DNA of 64,000 nucleotides from Candidatus Omnitrophota bacterium. GTDB taxonomy: Bacteria; Omnitrophota; Gorgyraeia; Ghiorseimicrobiales; Ghiorseimicrobiaceae. A model generated the notes under the pieces. The model was not told the origin of the DNA. It did not search any database and worked only from the letters and a program-made list of their open reading frames with translations. Shown piece after piece: positions 1 through 10,751 of this stretch (the stretch's first letter is position 1; each line of letters opens with the position of its first letter). The stretch is taken from assembly GCA_030681595.1 (NCBI GenBank), contig JAUXSB010000014.1:23942-87941 (forward strand), given 5' to 3'. The position numbers and the translations under genes were made by a program.

Positions 1-1270
1 CATAATTCTGTGAAAAAGTAAGCAGCCCAAAAAATATTACTATTGCCGCAATGACAAGCGAAACAATACTTTTCTTTACTGCTGGGTTATTATACAGGCC
101 TTCAAATCCGCAACTGATAGCCAAAAATATGCCTATTGAAGGCAGGTACAGATAGTGCTCTGCCATGAGTGCCACAAAAACAAACGTTGACTGCGGGAAA
201 AGAAAGATTAAAAACCAGATAGCCCCGAATATAACAAACCGCTTTTTCTCCTGGCGCAATCTCCTGACGATAAATAAAAAAACAACGAATATTAACATAA
301 ATACTAAAACATCAATATCAAAAATCGCCTTTGCCGGGACTATAAACCGCTCCATATGCAGGTTAACCGGCATAACTGTCAACCCTAAATAAAGAGCCGC
401 GCCCTTTAAAAAACTGAAAAACCTGATAATATTATTCGGAGAATAAAGGCTTGCTTTTTTCCAGATAGGTATTGCGGCAAAGTTAAGGATAGTTAAGCGC
501 AAAAATATGTAGAAAATGACGATGATCAGAAACGGTAAAATTCTCTTGACCCTCGAAGACAGCTTTTCATTCTCTCTAAAAAAATACTCGTAGCAAATCA
601 AGGCAAGAGGAAAAATAATACTCATCTCTTTAGAAAATAAAGCCAGAATAAAACAGAAAATAGATAACAAATAAAAGACGCCGAATGTTTCCGTTTTCTG
701 GTTTCTGGCCTGTGCCCGAAAGGGTATTACTGGTTTCTGGTTGCTAAGATATAATATCATCGCTGATAACAAGAAAAATCCCGATAGCAAATCTGCCCTG
801 CCGGAAATATAGCTGACGCTTTCTGTATGCGCGGGATGGACAACCCAGAGAAGGGCGGTGAACAAAGGAATGATTGCGGATTGCGGATTGCGGATTGCGG
901 ATTGTTTGTCCACAAATGCTTTACTTGATACTTGATACATGATACTTGATACCAAAACATATATTAATATCGCATTTAGGATATGCAGAAGAAAATTATG
1001 TAAATGGTACCCGAAAGGGTTCAGTTTCCAGAAATGATAATCCAGCATAAAACTGAATACCTGTAGCGGGCGGTAATAATTAGTTGCGGTTTTATCCATC
1101 AGTTCCTGGGTAATAATCTTATTAAAATTACTGATGTTTTTGATTAAGCCATTACCCAGAATAAGGACTTCATCATCCCAGATAAAACCATTGCTAAAAG
1201 AATTAGCGTAGGCAAGGAGCCCCGATAAAATAATTACTGTTAACGAAATTATAAAAAATTTTCCCCGCAT
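1..1270 (-). CDS. TPR-repeat integral membrane protein, paralog of 2365..4311 (N-terminal part only; gene runs off window start)
   Basis: Minus-strand frame opens at ATG 1270..1268 (MRGKFFIISLTVIILSGLLAYANSFSNGFIWDD...YRPLQVFSFMLDYHFWKL...GYHL) and stays open to position 1 by hand translation; N-terminus parallels the 2365..4311 product. Not in ORF track because no stop within window. Contains heptamer arrays 872..953. Confidence 0.55.
   Translation of the reverse strand, partial: MRGKFFIISLTVIILSGLLAYANSFSNGFIWDDEVLILGNGLIKNISNFNKIITQELMDKTATNYYRPLQVFSFMLDYHFWKLNPFGYHLHNFLLHILNAILIYVLVSSIMYQVSSKAFVDKQSAIRNPQSAIIPLFTALLWVVHPAHTESVSYISGRADLLSGFFLLSAMILYLSNQKPVIPFRAQARNQKTETFGVFYLLSIFCFILALFSKEMSIIFPLALICYEYFFRENEKLSSRVKRILPFLIIVIFYIFLRLTILNFAAIPIWKKASLYSPNNIIRFFSFLKGAALYLGLTVMPVNLHMERFIVPAKAIFDIDVLVFMLIFVVFLFIVRRLRQEKKRFVIFGAIWFLIFLFPQSTFVFVALMAEHYLYLPSIGIFLAISCGFEGLYNNPAVKKSIVSLVIAAIVIFFGLLTFSQNY
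872..953. repeat. Two adjacent heptamer tandem arrays (GATTGCG x4 plus partial; ACTTGAT x4 with one variant) inside the coding frame
   Basis: Direct reading of sequence; absent from the aligned position of the paralog at about 3940; hand translation stays in frame across it. Confidence 0.8.
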
Positions 1271-1335
1271 AATAAAAAGTAATCCCGAGTTAACATTGCG
1301 TCAACTCGGGATTATGCATAGCTTGTTATATTTCC

Positions 1336-1794
1336 TTACTCTAATACTGAATCGCCCACAACAGGTATGGCAGCGCTTGTGTTTGTCCAGTGAATAACAC
1401 CACTTTCATCCACAAAGAAACCTCTTACACCTGTAACCCCGGCAACGATTGGCCTGGCGCTAGCAGTAAAGGAGTTTGCTGCACCTGCAACGGCAAAACT
1501 ATAACCTTGCTTTCCGCAAGCTACACCACTTAAGCCGGCAGCGCAACCTAAAACCGTATCAATATAAGGCGGCGTTGCATTTGGAGCAGCCATTGAAGAT
1601 AAGCCAGTAGGATAATTTGGATTCGCACCCCTATAACTCTGAGCAGCGCTGGAAATAGTATGCAGGGCGGCTACAGCGGCGGCTTCGTTGGCGTTTACTC
1701 TTGCGCGCAGCAAGTTCGGTATCGCAATAGCGGCCAATAAAACGATGATCGCTACTACAATCATGATTTCAACTAAAGTAAAACCTTTTCTCAT
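1336..1794 (-). CDS. Prepilin-type N-terminal cleavage/methylation domain protein (type IV pilin / pseudopilin-like)
   Basis: N-terminus MRKGFTLVEIMIVVAIIVLLAAIAIPNLLRAR: G-F-T-L-V-E processing motif followed by hydrophobic helix. Confidence 0.75.
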   Translation of the reverse strand: MRKGFTLVEIMIVVAIIVLLAAIAIPNLLRARVNANEAAAVAALHTISSAAQSYRGANPNYPTGLSSMAAPNATPPYIDTVLGCAAGLSGVACGKQGYSFAVAGAANSFTASARPIVAGVTGVRGFFVDESGVIHWTNTSAAIPVVGDSVLE

Positions 1795-1985
1795 TTTAAA
1801 ACCCCTCCTTTCTAAGGCAGAATTGACTTACACGTTTTTACCTCTTTATTATCCTATGATGATTCCTTCCGGCTTTTAAAAAAGAGGTTTTTATCTAACG
1901 CGTTGTCGCCTTATCAGTTACCTTTATTTTTACCACCTCCTTCCCCAAAAGTCAAGACTTTTTATTTTTTCCCGATACTATCGCA

Positions 1986-2016
1986 AAAACAAAAAAAGCC
2001 CATCTGAAAATGGGCT
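1986..2016 (-). terminator. Rho-independent terminator candidate
   Basis: Stem agcccat/atgggct (1997..2003 and 2010..2016), loop ctgaaa, followed on the minus strand by a T-run (plus-strand A-run 1986..1997). Confidence 0.5.
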
Positions 2017-2364
2017 CATGCTTTACGAATTCCTACTTTTTATACGGAATACGGCAACCCGACTACCATATCCCGACGCAACGTGGCTTTGGCTATTATC
2101 GAACGCCAAACCACTACCATCTGGCTTGTCGGAACTTAGGCTCGCGGCTTTACGCCCTATCTTTTCAGATAGTTTGCCTTTATCCCGTTAGAGGCCTTTC
2201 TAAAATATATTTATAATACCGTTTTTGGCAATACTCACCTCTAAAGGGCATATTTTCATTACATATTTCAAAGAGCTTCTGTGGCTTGGGCTATTCGGAG
2301 GCCCAACCACTGCCTTCTGGCTTGTCGATTTCTTAGCTTAAGTATACCACATAAATAAGATATT

Positions 2365-4311
2365 TCAAGGGCTATCGATAAGCTTATCCCGCCATACCTT
2401 AACTTCGCTAAAAGCAGGGTTAATTACGAGTGCTTTGTCAAATTCTTCTTTTGCGCGGGTATAATCCCCCCTTTGCCAGTAAAATGCGCCTAAATTATAG
2501 TGAGCTATCGCGGAACTGTTATCCAGCTTAAGCGAATTCAAAAAATAATACTCTGCCTGGTCAAATTTTTGTAAAAGCGCGTAAACTATGCCTAAATTAA
2601 GGCTTGCCTCCGCACTCCCGGGCTCAAGATTAAGTACACACAAGTATTCCTTAAAAGCCAACTCATATAAACCAACCTTCTTATAGGCTGCGGCTAATTC
2701 ACTATGATATGCAGGATTTTTATTATCCAAAGCGGCTGCCGCGCGCAATGTTTCTATTGCTAAGCTTAAATCACCTGCCTCCTCATAAATAAGCCCCAAG
2801 AAATAATGATGATTAGGAATGGCGGGATTTATCCTTAAAGATTCCTTGTACGCCGCAACTGCCTCAGAAAATTGGCCGTTATTTGCATACATGCTGCCTA
2901 AATTTGCCCAGCCCCAGAAAGAGCTTGGGTGAGCCTCAAGAAAACTTTTAAGCTGGCTGAACGCGGCATCTTTACGGCCGCTTAAATATATAACCCTAAT
3001 CAGATTCAATAAAGATGTATCAAAATCCGGCCTTATATCTATGGCCTTTAAATAATATTTTTCCGCCTCTTTATAATTGCCTTCCTTTTCTTTTATCGCC
3101 GCCAGATTATTGTAAACATTGTAACTACCTTTAGAAAATTTTAGTATATGTTTGTAGAAACGCTCCGGGTTATGCCAGACAAAGTTATACTGTACGCTAA
3201 GGTAGGCGTAAAAAATAATTAAGCCCGCGGGTAAGAGGATGAATATTTTTTTCTTTGCGATTAGCCATGCGGCTATAATTGCCAAAACGAGAAACACCCC
3301 GATGGATGCAACGTAGCAAAAATGCTCAGCAAAATAGGCGTTTATCTGGAATATTCCGGAATGGGGCAAAAGAAACAAACCAAACCAAGCAAGGCCAAAA
3401 GAAAACAATTTAAATTTCCGGTATGCCTTTAGCGCCAAGAAAACAAGGCAGATTACGCCGACAATAGAAGCCCAGACGCTGGCATCCCATATTGATGAGA
3501 CAAGCCTAACCGCGTAAGACATGTGAAGGCCAAAAGGTAAAAGCAGGGTTTTGAGGTATAAAAAAATAGCTTTTATAAAAAAGAGAGCATTAATATAGCT
3601 ATCGCCTAATGAAGAAAAAATTGTTTTATTGGGAAGAATCACAACACGCAGGGCAACATACACTACGCTCAGTAAAAAGAATGGCAGGTAAACTATTTTG
3701 CGAGGTAACTTAGCCTTAGCCAAAGGTAAATTAAAACCATAGGTATACAACAGTAATAAGAAAGGGAAAATAAGAGCCAATTCCTTAGAAAGCAGCGCTA
3801 AACCAAAAGAAAGCAAAGAAAATACATAAGAACATTCAATGAATAATATTAAAGATAACAGCAAAAACAATGCTACCAGCATATCCGCCCTGCCGGAAAT
3901 ATAAGTTACCGCCTCTACATGTATGGGATGGACAACGAATAACAAAGCTGTAATCAACGAAATAACTGTATTAGCAGAAATAATCAGGATAAATTTATAT
4001 AAAAAACATGCTGTCAGGATATGCAGGATTATATTCGTAAGATGGTAACCTATGGGGCGCAGCTTCCAGACCTGATAATCCAGCATGTAGGAAAAGGCCT
4101 GGAATGGGCGGTAGAAATTCCTCGCTTCGCTTTTAGCATCAAATAAATCAGTGGAAAATACCCGCCCAAGATGGCGGAAGTCTTTTATCAAATAATTATT
4201 GCTGACCAGGCCGGTATCATCCCAAATAAAGGGGACAGACAAAGAATTAAAGTAACAAATAAAACCCAAAGCCGTTATTAAAATAACTGCTGTTAACTTT
4301 CGCTTATCCAT
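2365..4311 (-). CDS. TPR-repeat integral membrane protein (multi-TM N-terminal domain plus C-terminal TPR repeats; glycosyltransferase-like architecture)
   Basis: 648 aa; hydrophobic N-terminal two thirds, C-terminal region with repeated A-x-x-Y/L-G TPR-like units (AYHSELAAAYKKVGLYELAFKEY, AHYNLGAFYWQRGDYTRA). Confidence 0.7.
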   Translation of the reverse strand: MDKRKLTAVILITALGFICYFNSLSVPFIWDDTGLVSNNYLIKDFRHLGRVFSTDLFDAKSEARNFYRPFQAFSYMLDYQVWKLRPIGYHLTNIILHILTACFLYKFILIISANTVISLITALLFVVHPIHVEAVTYISGRADMLVALFLLLSLILFIECSYVFSLLSFGLALLSKELALIFPFLLLLYTYGFNLPLAKAKLPRKIVYLPFFLLSVVYVALRVVILPNKTIFSSLGDSYINALFFIKAIFLYLKTLLLPFGLHMSYAVRLVSSIWDASVWASIVGVICLVFLALKAYRKFKLFSFGLAWFGLFLLPHSGIFQINAYFAEHFCYVASIGVFLVLAIIAAWLIAKKKIFILLPAGLIIFYAYLSVQYNFVWHNPERFYKHILKFSKGSYNVYNNLAAIKEKEGNYKEAEKYYLKAIDIRPDFDTSLLNLIRVIYLSGRKDAAFSQLKSFLEAHPSSFWGWANLGSMYANNGQFSEAVAAYKESLRINPAIPNHHYFLGLIYEEAGDLSLAIETLRAAAALDNKNPAYHSELAAAYKKVGLYELAFKEYLCVLNLEPGSAEASLNLGIVYALLQKFDQAEYYFLNSLKLDNSSAIAHYNLGAFYWQRGDYTRAKEEFDKALVINPAFSEVKVWRDKLIDSP

Positions 4312-4357
4312 ATCGCAAATTTAACCAAACCCGGTATTTTCTTAACAATCTCAAAAC

Positions 4358-4398
4358 TTAACTTTACATTTTATGCAATGCTCAAAATGTAAAGTTAA
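4358..4398. promoter_or_regulatory. Perfect 15-bp inverted repeat (ttaactttacatttt / aaaatgtaaagttaa) with 11-nt spacer; terminator or operator
   Basis: Seen directly; overlaps stop codon of 4395..5306 and lies upstream of 2365..4311. Confidence 0.4.
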
Positions 4399-5306
4399 CT
4401 TGCGCTATCCAGAACCTGCTGCATATCTATAGGCAATACGTGCTCAAATTCCACGAACTCTTCTGTACGGGGATGAATAAAACCTATGTATTTAGCATAA
4501 AGGGCGAGTTTAATGCGTTTATCTTTCCTACCATATACTTCATCGCCTAATATCGGATGGCCTAATGCCGCCATATGCACTCTCAGCTGATGAGTACGCC
4601 CTGTCTGCGGGGTTAATTCTATAAAGGTAAAATTTTGATAGCGCTTTATTGTCTTATATCGCGTGTAAGCCGGCCGGGCGTCTTCCTTAAAATCTACCGC
4701 CATCTTCACTCTGTTTAAAGCATGCCTGCCAATGGGCAAATCCACTATTCCTTCATCAAATTGAACATTGCCTAAAACTATTGCCATGTAAATACGCTTT
4801 ATGGAATGTTCGGCGAATTGCTTTATTAAAGAAAGGTGTGCCTTATTATTTTTTGCCGCAACCAATAAACCTGCGGTGTCCTTGTCTAAACGGTGCACGA
4901 TACCAGGCCTATCCGGATTTATGGCAGATAATTCTTTACAATGAAATAATAACGCGTTCACCAGCGTTTTATCGGGATTGCCTGCCGCGGGATGCACCAC
5001 TAAACCGCGCGGCTTGTTGATTACTATTAAATCCTCGTCTTCATAAATAACTTCTAAAGGGATATCCTCCGGTTTAGGCCTGGCATCGGATGGGGGCGGG
5101 ATAATTATTTTTACCTCCTCTTTCGCTTTTATCTTATGGTGCGGCTTGGCAATTTTACCATCAAGCAGAATATTTCCTTCGCGCATAAGCTTCTGGATAG
5201 AAGCCCGGGAAAAACTAACGCCGGAGGATGAAAGCTGCCCTATTATGTACATGTCCAGCCTCAGGACGGAATCGGCATCTGAAACAGTAAAATTATATTC
5301 TTGCAT
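4395..5306 (-). CDS. rluD: RluA-family 23S rRNA pseudouridine synthase (RluD-like, with N-terminal S4 domain)
   Basis: HRLDKDTAGLLV catalytic motif region and S4-like N-terminus. Confidence 0.8.
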   Translation of the reverse strand: MQEYNFTVSDADSVLRLDMYIIGQLSSSGVSFSRASIQKLMREGNILLDGKIAKPHHKIKAKEEVKIIIPPPSDARPKPEDIPLEVIYEDEDLIVINKPRGLVVHPAAGNPDKTLVNALLFHCKELSAINPDRPGIVHRLDKDTAGLLVAAKNNKAHLSLIKQFAEHSIKRIYMAIVLGNVQFDEGIVDLPIGRHALNRVKMAVDFKEDARPAYTRYKTIKRYQNFTFIELTPQTGRTHQLRVHMAALGHPILGDEVYGRKDKRIKLALYAKYIGFIHPRTEEFVEFEHVLPIDMQQVLDSAS

Positions 5307-5446
5307 ATTTAATAGAAACCCGAAATCCTAATGTCTAAAACTAAAAAACATAGTTGTATGTTTTGAGCATTTTTGATTTCAAAGACTTAGGTATTGTTTC
5401 GCCTGCACTGCCGGCAGGAAGGGATTTCGAATTTTGTGCTTAGAAT

Positions 5447-6175
5447 TTATAACTTTCTTCTGTTTAAATCGGCTTGACAAAACAAAAGAAATATTAACGC
5501 TATCATAAATATACCTGCGCTGATAAGTTGAAATATGGTGAAGCCTAGAAAAATTGAAGGACTGTCTCCACGCAAGAATTCTATAAAAAATCTTTTGCCG
5601 GAATAGAAGATTAGATATAAGAAAAATATGTTGCCTGTTTTGAGATTGCGTTTTTGCAATATCCTTAAAACTAAAAAAACAAAAAGCATGATCAGCGAAG
5701 AAAAAACCTGCGTAGGATAAAAAATATTTACTCCCGGCCAGATTTTTCCGTAACAACAGCCGTTCAAAAAACAACCGATCCTGCCGATGGCTTGGCCCAA
5801 TGCTAGATACGGAGCCATTAAATCCAAAACGGGTAAAACCGCCTGTTTCTTTATCCGTACATATATTAGCCCTGCGGCTACGCCTGAGATTAATCCGCCG
5901 TACCAAACTAAACCGCCATGCCAAAGCTTGATTATTTCGTAAGGATCTTGCTTAAAAAAATCAAAATTAAGGATAATAAAGAATATTCTTGCTCCGATAA
6001 CTCCTGAAACCAGGCACAATAAACAAAGATTAGAAATAAAATACGGCGGGAAATTCCTTATTTGTGACTCCCTCTCGGCCAACATGCTGGCCGCCAAAAA
6101 AGCCAAAGCAAGGAAAAACCCGTAAGAGTAAATCGTTATCGGGCCGAATTGTAAAAGGATTGGATACATAGTCAA
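5447..6175 (-). CDS. lgt: Prolipoprotein diacylglyceryl transferase
   Basis: Multi-TM protein with the Lgt signature region GGLISGVAAG...YPTQ; conserved position next to lspA. Confidence 0.8.
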   Translation of the reverse strand: MTMYPILLQFGPITIYSYGFFLALAFLAASMLAERESQIRNFPPYFISNLCLLCLVSGVIGARIFFIILNFDFFKQDPYEIIKLWHGGLVWYGGLISGVAAGLIYVRIKKQAVLPVLDLMAPYLALGQAIGRIGCFLNGCCYGKIWPGVNIFYPTQVFSSLIMLFVFLVLRILQKRNLKTGNIFFLYLIFYSGKRFFIEFLRGDSPSIFLGFTIFQLISAGIFMIALIFLLFCQADLNRRKL

Positions 6176-6209
6176 ACAGAATTAAGCACTAAAGATTAAA
6201 CCTTAGTGC

Positions 6210-6665
6210 TTATTGCTTACCGCTTAGTCCTTGTTTTTGGTTTATTAGAATTCTTAAACCAATTAATACTGCCCCTATGGTAATACAAGAATCGGCGACA
6301 TTAAATACCGGCCAGACCCTAAAATCCAAAAAATCAACAACATAGCCAAAACGAAACCGGTCTATCAAATTGCCTATTGCCCCGCCTAAAATCAAAAATA
6401 AGGAAAATTTTACCAACCTGTCCAATTTTTCTTTTCTTAAAAACCAATAGCGCAATATAAACATAACGGCGATAAGGCTTATAAAGATAAGGATTATCGT
6501 TGAGTCTTTAAACAATCCGAAGGCGATACCGGTATTTCTTACTAAGGTCAGATGGAAAATATTTTTGAAGACGGGAACGGATATTCCGTAGTTTAATTTA
6601 TCTAAGGCGAGAAATTTAGTCAGCTGGTCAAAAAATACTACGCTAGCACTGACAATAAAACCCAT
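6210..6665 (-). CDS. lspA: Lipoprotein signal peptidase II
   Basis: 151-aa 4-TM protein with FNVADS motif; ileS-lspA linkage. Confidence 0.85.
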   Translation of the reverse strand: MGFIVSASVVFFDQLTKFLALDKLNYGISVPVFKNIFHLTLVRNTGIAFGLFKDSTIILIFISLIAVMFILRYWFLRKEKLDRLVKFSLFLILGGAIGNLIDRFRFGYVVDFLDFRVWPVFNVADSCITIGAVLIGLRILINQKQGLSGKQ

Positions 6666-6675
6666 TAAAATAGGA

Positions 6676-7113
6676 TTATTTTTCTCTTTTTTGCTGGCAC
6701 TTAAGGCAAAGCTTTGTATGCGGCACGGCCTTTAAGCGTATCTTAGTAATCAGGTTACGGCAGTCTTCACAGACACCATAGGAAGCATCTTCGATTCTCT
6801 TTAAGGCCTCATTAACTTCATAAAGCATCTCACGTTCGAAGCTGCCCAACCCCAGAGAAAATTCGCGGTCATACGTGTCGGTAGCCACATCCGCCATATG
6901 CAAGGTATAGGCCGAAATGTCGCCAGCTGCATCCTTCTGCGATTTTTTCATAGTGTCTTCTGAAACATGATTTATGCCTTCCAGAACTTCTTCTTTTCTT
7001 TTTAATAATAAATCTTTGAAAAGTTTTAGTTCTTTTTTATTCATTTTTTTTGCCGCTTTAGCTTTAACAACCTTAATGGTTCTGATAATTTTACTTTTTT
7101 TATTCTTTTTCAT
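6676..7113 (-). CDS. DksA/TraR-family C4 zinc-finger protein
   Basis: C-terminal CEDC...CLKC four-cysteine finger after a coiled-coil region; likely start MKKNKK at 7113, overlapping the ileS stop. Confidence 0.65.
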   Translation of the reverse strand: MKKNKKSKIIRTIKVVKAKAAKKMNKKELKLFKDLLLKRKEEVLEGINHVSEDTMKKSQKDAAGDISAYTLHMADVATDTYDREFSLGLGSFEREMLYEVNEALKRIEDASYGVCEDCRNLITKIRLKAVPHTKLCLKCQQKREK

Positions 7114-9851
7114 CAAATCGCCTCCAAGCATCTTTTACAAATTAAGCTATGCATATTATCTTCTCCAACGCTCAAACTGTAGTTCCAGCAACGCATACAT
7201 TTTTTTCCGTCGGCTTTTTCTACCACAATACCAAACTTATCGGCTTTCTCAATATTAACCGCTGAAACAATAAATATGGCCGCCAAATCGGGCAGGTAAG
7301 CCTTAAAAAAATTACAGTCCTCTTCTTTTATAAAAAAGAGGCTTACCTTTGCCTCCAAAGAACTTCCTATTTTACCACTATTTCTGTTTTCTTCAAGTAT
7401 TTTTAAAACAGAATTACGTAATTCTATAAGCCGGGCAAAATCGCTCTCCAAGCCGGAATTTATATATCCTTCCTTAACTTCGGGCCAATTACTTAAATGG
7501 ACGGAATCGGCAGAATCACAAACCTTCTCTTTAATAAGCTGCCAGATTTCTTCCGAACTAAAAGAGAATATCGGCGCAAGAGCCTTGGTAAGAAGGATTA
7601 ATATTTCAAATAAAACCGTCTGGGCGCTCCTGCGCGCAAGAGAATTTTTCCTGAAAGTGTAAAGCCGGTCCTTAAGGATATCCAGATAAAACGCGCTTAA
7701 ATCCACAATGCAAAAACTGTAAACTGAATGATAGACAGAATAAAAATTAAAGTTTTCGTAACTCGCATTTACTTCCTTTAAAATGTTTTGCAGCCGCGAA
7801 AGCGCCCACTTATCCAAAAAGAGAAGCTGTTCATATTTTACCGCATCTGCCTGCGGGTTAAAATCGTACAAGTTCCCCAGTATAAACCTCAAGGTATTCC
7901 TAATTTTACGGTAGCTTTCAGAAAGGCGGGTGATTATTTCATCGGAAATACGCACATCTTCGCGGTAATCACAGGATACAACCCATAGCCGCAGGATATC
8001 CGCGCCGTATTTCTGGATTATTTCTTGCGGCGAAATAACATTGCCTTCAGATTTAGACATCTTCCTGCCTTCGCCGTCAACGACAAAACCATGCGTAAGC
8101 ACGGATTTAAAAGCGCTTTTTTCATCAAGCGCAATAGATGGAATTAACGAAGACTGAAACCAGCCCCTATGCTGGTCAGAGCCCTCTAGATATAAATCCG
8201 CCGGGAATGCCAGGCCCAAACGCTCCTTTAAAACCGCCTGATTACTCACCCCTGAATCAAACCAGACATCAATAATGTCATTGCCTTTATCAAAATCGCT
8301 TTTTTTACACTCCGAGCAGATAAAACCGTCAGGCAATAAATCCTTAACGCAGCGGATAAACCATGCGTCAGAACCTTCTTTTGAAACAATTTCGGCAAAG
8401 TGCATAATTACAGTTTTATCTAACAGCTCTTTAGAGCAATGTTTACAATAAACCGAAGGAATAGGCACGCCCCATAGCCTTTGACGGGAAAGGCACCAAT
8501 CGGGCCTGGTTTCTAACATCGCATAAAACCTGTTTTCGCCAGCCCGAGGGAACCACTTTACATTTCTTACCGCGGATAACGCCCTTTTTCTTAAACCTTC
8601 GTGGTCAACATTTAAAAAATACTGCTCTGTGGCACGGAAAATTACTGGTTTTTTACAGCGCCAGCAATGCGGATAAGAATGCGTTACGTCTGCTTGAGCA
8701 ACAAGCGCTCCCGTCTCTTTTAGTTTTTCTACAATTGCTTTATCCGCTGCATGCACATTCATGCCGCGGATAAAATCCGGCGCCGATTCATTAAAAGCAC
8801 CCTTGTTATTTACCGGCATAAATACCGGCAGGCTATATTTTATGCCGGTTAAATAATCTTCCTGCCCGTGCCCGGGCGCGGTATGCACACATCCGGTGCC
8901 TTCATCAGCCAAAACATAATCCGCTAAAACTACAACGCCTTCCCGCCCGATGAAGGGATGTTCATACTTCAATCCGTCTAAATCCTTACCCTTTAAAGTT
9001 CCTTTTATTGTAAAATCTTTCAAAATTCCCGCTTCGCTTAATTGATCGATCCGGCTTTTAGCAAGAAAGAGAGTTTCACCGCCGATTTTCATAGATACAT
9101 ATAATAATTCCGGATTTACAGCTATGGCTACATTTGCCGGTAGGGTCCACGGCGTAGTAGTCCAAGCCAACAGATAATGTTTGCCGTCAGCGAATTGCGG
9201 GCCTTTAATTTTAAATTTAACGTATACCGAATGCGAAGTACGGTTGTCATACTCTACTTCTGCTTCAGCCAAGGCAGTCTCGCACTGGTAGCACCAGTTT
9301 ACCGGCTTAAAGCCGCGATAAATGTAACCCTTATCCGCTAACTCAGCCAAAGACTTTAATATGCTCACCTCATAATCTTTGGCTAAAGTAAGATATGGAT
9401 TAGACCAATCGCCTAAAACCCCAAGCCTGATGAATTGCTTTCTCTGAATATCAACGAATTTAAGCGCATATTTTTGCGCTTTTTTTCTAAAATCCGCCTG
9501 ATTGACTTCGTGTTTAGAAAGGTTCAAGTCCTTTAAGAGATTATATTCTATGGGCAAGCCATGGCAGTCCCAGCCGGGAACATACGGCGCGTCAAACCCC
9601 TGCATAGTCTTAAATTTTACCACCACATCTTTTAAGGTTTTGTTTAAGGCATGGCCGATATGGATTTCTCCGTTGGCATAAGGCGGGCCGTCATGCAAAA
9701 TATACTTAAGCTTACCATGATATTTTTTGCGGATTAAACTGTATAAACCTATCCTTTCCCAAAAAGCCAATATATCCGGCTCCCTTTTGGCGAGGTCGGC
9801 TTTCATTGGAAAACTGGTCTGGGGTAAATTAAGGGTAGATTTATAGTCCAT
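7113..9851 (-). CDS. ileS: Isoleucine--tRNA ligase
   Basis: 912 aa; HIGH motif ([14 protein letters not shown]), KMSKS motif, zinc-binding cysteines near C-terminus. Confidence 0.95.
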   Translation of the reverse strand: MDYKSTLNLPQTSFPMKADLAKREPDILAFWERIGLYSLIRKKYHGKLKYILHDGPPYANGEIHIGHALNKTLKDVVVKFKTMQGFDAPYVPGWDCHGLPIEYNLLKDLNLSKHEVNQADFRKKAQKYALKFVDIQRKQFIRLGVLGDWSNPYLTLAKDYEVSILKSLAELADKGYIYRGFKPVNWCYQCETALAEAEVEYDNRTSHSVYVKFKIKGPQFADGKHYLLAWTTTPWTLPANVAIAVNPELLYVSMKIGGETLFLAKSRIDQLSEAGILKDFTIKGTLKGKDLDGLKYEHPFIGREGVVVLADYVLADEGTGCVHTAPGHGQEDYLTGIKYSLPVFMPVNNKGAFNESAPDFIRGMNVHAADKAIVEKLKETGALVAQADVTHSYPHCWRCKKPVIFRATEQYFLNVDHEGLRKRALSAVRNVKWFPRAGENRFYAMLETRPDWCLSRQRLWGVPIPSVYCKHCSKELLDKTVIMHFAEIVSKEGSDAWFIRCVKDLLPDGFICSECKKSDFDKGNDIIDVWFDSGVSNQAVLKERLGLAFPADLYLEGSDQHRGWFQSSLIPSIALDEKSAFKSVLTHGFVVDGEGRKMSKSEGNVISPQEIIQKYGADILRLWVVSCDYREDVRISDEIITRLSESYRKIRNTLRFILGNLYDFNPQADAVKYEQLLFLDKWALSRLQNILKEVNASYENFNFYSVYHSVYSFCIVDLSAFYLDILKDRLYTFRKNSLARRSAQTVLFEILILLTKALAPIFSFSSEEIWQLIKEKVCDSADSVHLSNWPEVKEGYINSGLESDFARLIELRNSVLKILEENRNSGKIGSSLEAKVSLFFIKEEDCNFFKAYLPDLAAIFIVSAVNIEKADKFGIVVEKADGKKCMRCWNYSLSVGEDNMHSLICKRCLEAI

Positions 9852-9886
9852 ATTTTTAGCGTTTAGTTTTAACTATACGCTATACG

Positions 9887-10747
9887 CTATTTGAGGTATT
9901 TTCCGATAATAATCTTTAAATCTTTTTTAATCTTTCGCGGTATAATTTTTTTATCTGTTACAATCGCGTGTTTTAGCGTATCCTTGCATCTGCAATCTTC
10001 TCTCTCAGGCAAGCTCAATATCACTTCGCGAATTATTTTCTTTGCATTGGCAACATTCTGGACGAGGTTTGCGATTACCATTTCAACGGTCACGCTGTCG
10101 TGCCCGGGATACCAGCAGTCATAATCGGTTACTGCCGCCAGTGTCGCATAGCAAATTTCCGCCTCGCGCGCTAACTTTGCCTCTGACATATTAGTCATGC
10201 CGATTATAGACATTCCCCAAGCGCGATATAGATTTGACTCAGCCCTTGTAGAAAATGCCGGCCCTTCCATATTTAGATATGCCCCGCCTGAATGCATTTT
10301 TAAATTAAGTTTTTTTCCAGAATCATAAAGAACTTTGGAGATTTGCGGGCAAACCGGATCCGCAAACCCGATATGGGCAACAATCCCTTTTTCAAAAAAA
10401 GTCATGGCGCGCGCCTGGTTTGTACGGTCAACAAATTGATCGGGAACTACAAAATCTAAAGGCGCAATTTCTTCTTTTAGGCTTCCGCAAGCAGAAACTG
10501 AAATAATACGCTGGACGCCTAATTTTTTCATCCCAAAGATGTTAGCGCGATAATTTATATGGCTTGGTGAAATTTTATGGCCTCTGCCATGACGAGGCAG
10601 AAAAACTACTTCTTTGCCTTCTAATTCACCGGTGACATATTTATCGGAAGGGCTGCCAAAAGGTGTAGTGACGCTCACTGATTTTACTTTTTTAATTCCC
10701 TCAATATTGTATAACCCGCTTCCGCCGATAATGCCGATTTTATCCAT
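9887..10747 (-). CDS. mtnP: S-methyl-5'-thioadenosine phosphorylase (PNP family)
   Basis: MDKIGIIGGSG start, HGRGH and typical MTAP segments; the ORF-track start at 10804 is probably an upstream extension. Confidence 0.8.
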   Translation of the reverse strand: MDKIGIIGGSGLYNIEGIKKVKSVSVTTPFGSPSDKYVTGELEGKEVVFLPRHGRGHKISPSHINYRANIFGMKKLGVQRIISVSACGSLKEEIAPLDFVVPDQFVDRTNQARAMTFFEKGIVAHIGFADPVCPQISKVLYDSGKKLNLKMHSGGAYLNMEGPAFSTRAESNLYRAWGMSIIGMTNMSEAKLAREAEICYATLAAVTDYDCWYPGHDSVTVEMVIANLVQNVANAKKIIREVILSLPEREDCRCKDTLKHAIVTDKKIIPRKIKKDLKIIIGKYLK

Positions 10748-10751
10748 AAAA

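Noticed and set aside
2081-2338. Two roughly 58-bp direct repeats (tggctttggctattatcgaacgccaaaccactaccatctggcttgtcgg... and a diverged copy) in the region between the TPR and pilin genes
   Set aside because: Could not be linked to any RNA gene or coding remnant; recorded as unexplained.
5379-5924. 181-aa ORF overlapping lgt in another frame
   Set aside because: Frame-overlap artefact inside a well-supported gene; the same applies to the other antisense or overlapping ORFs in the track (for example 15284..15835, 22441..23016, 36060..36701, 39100..39609, 59628..60167).
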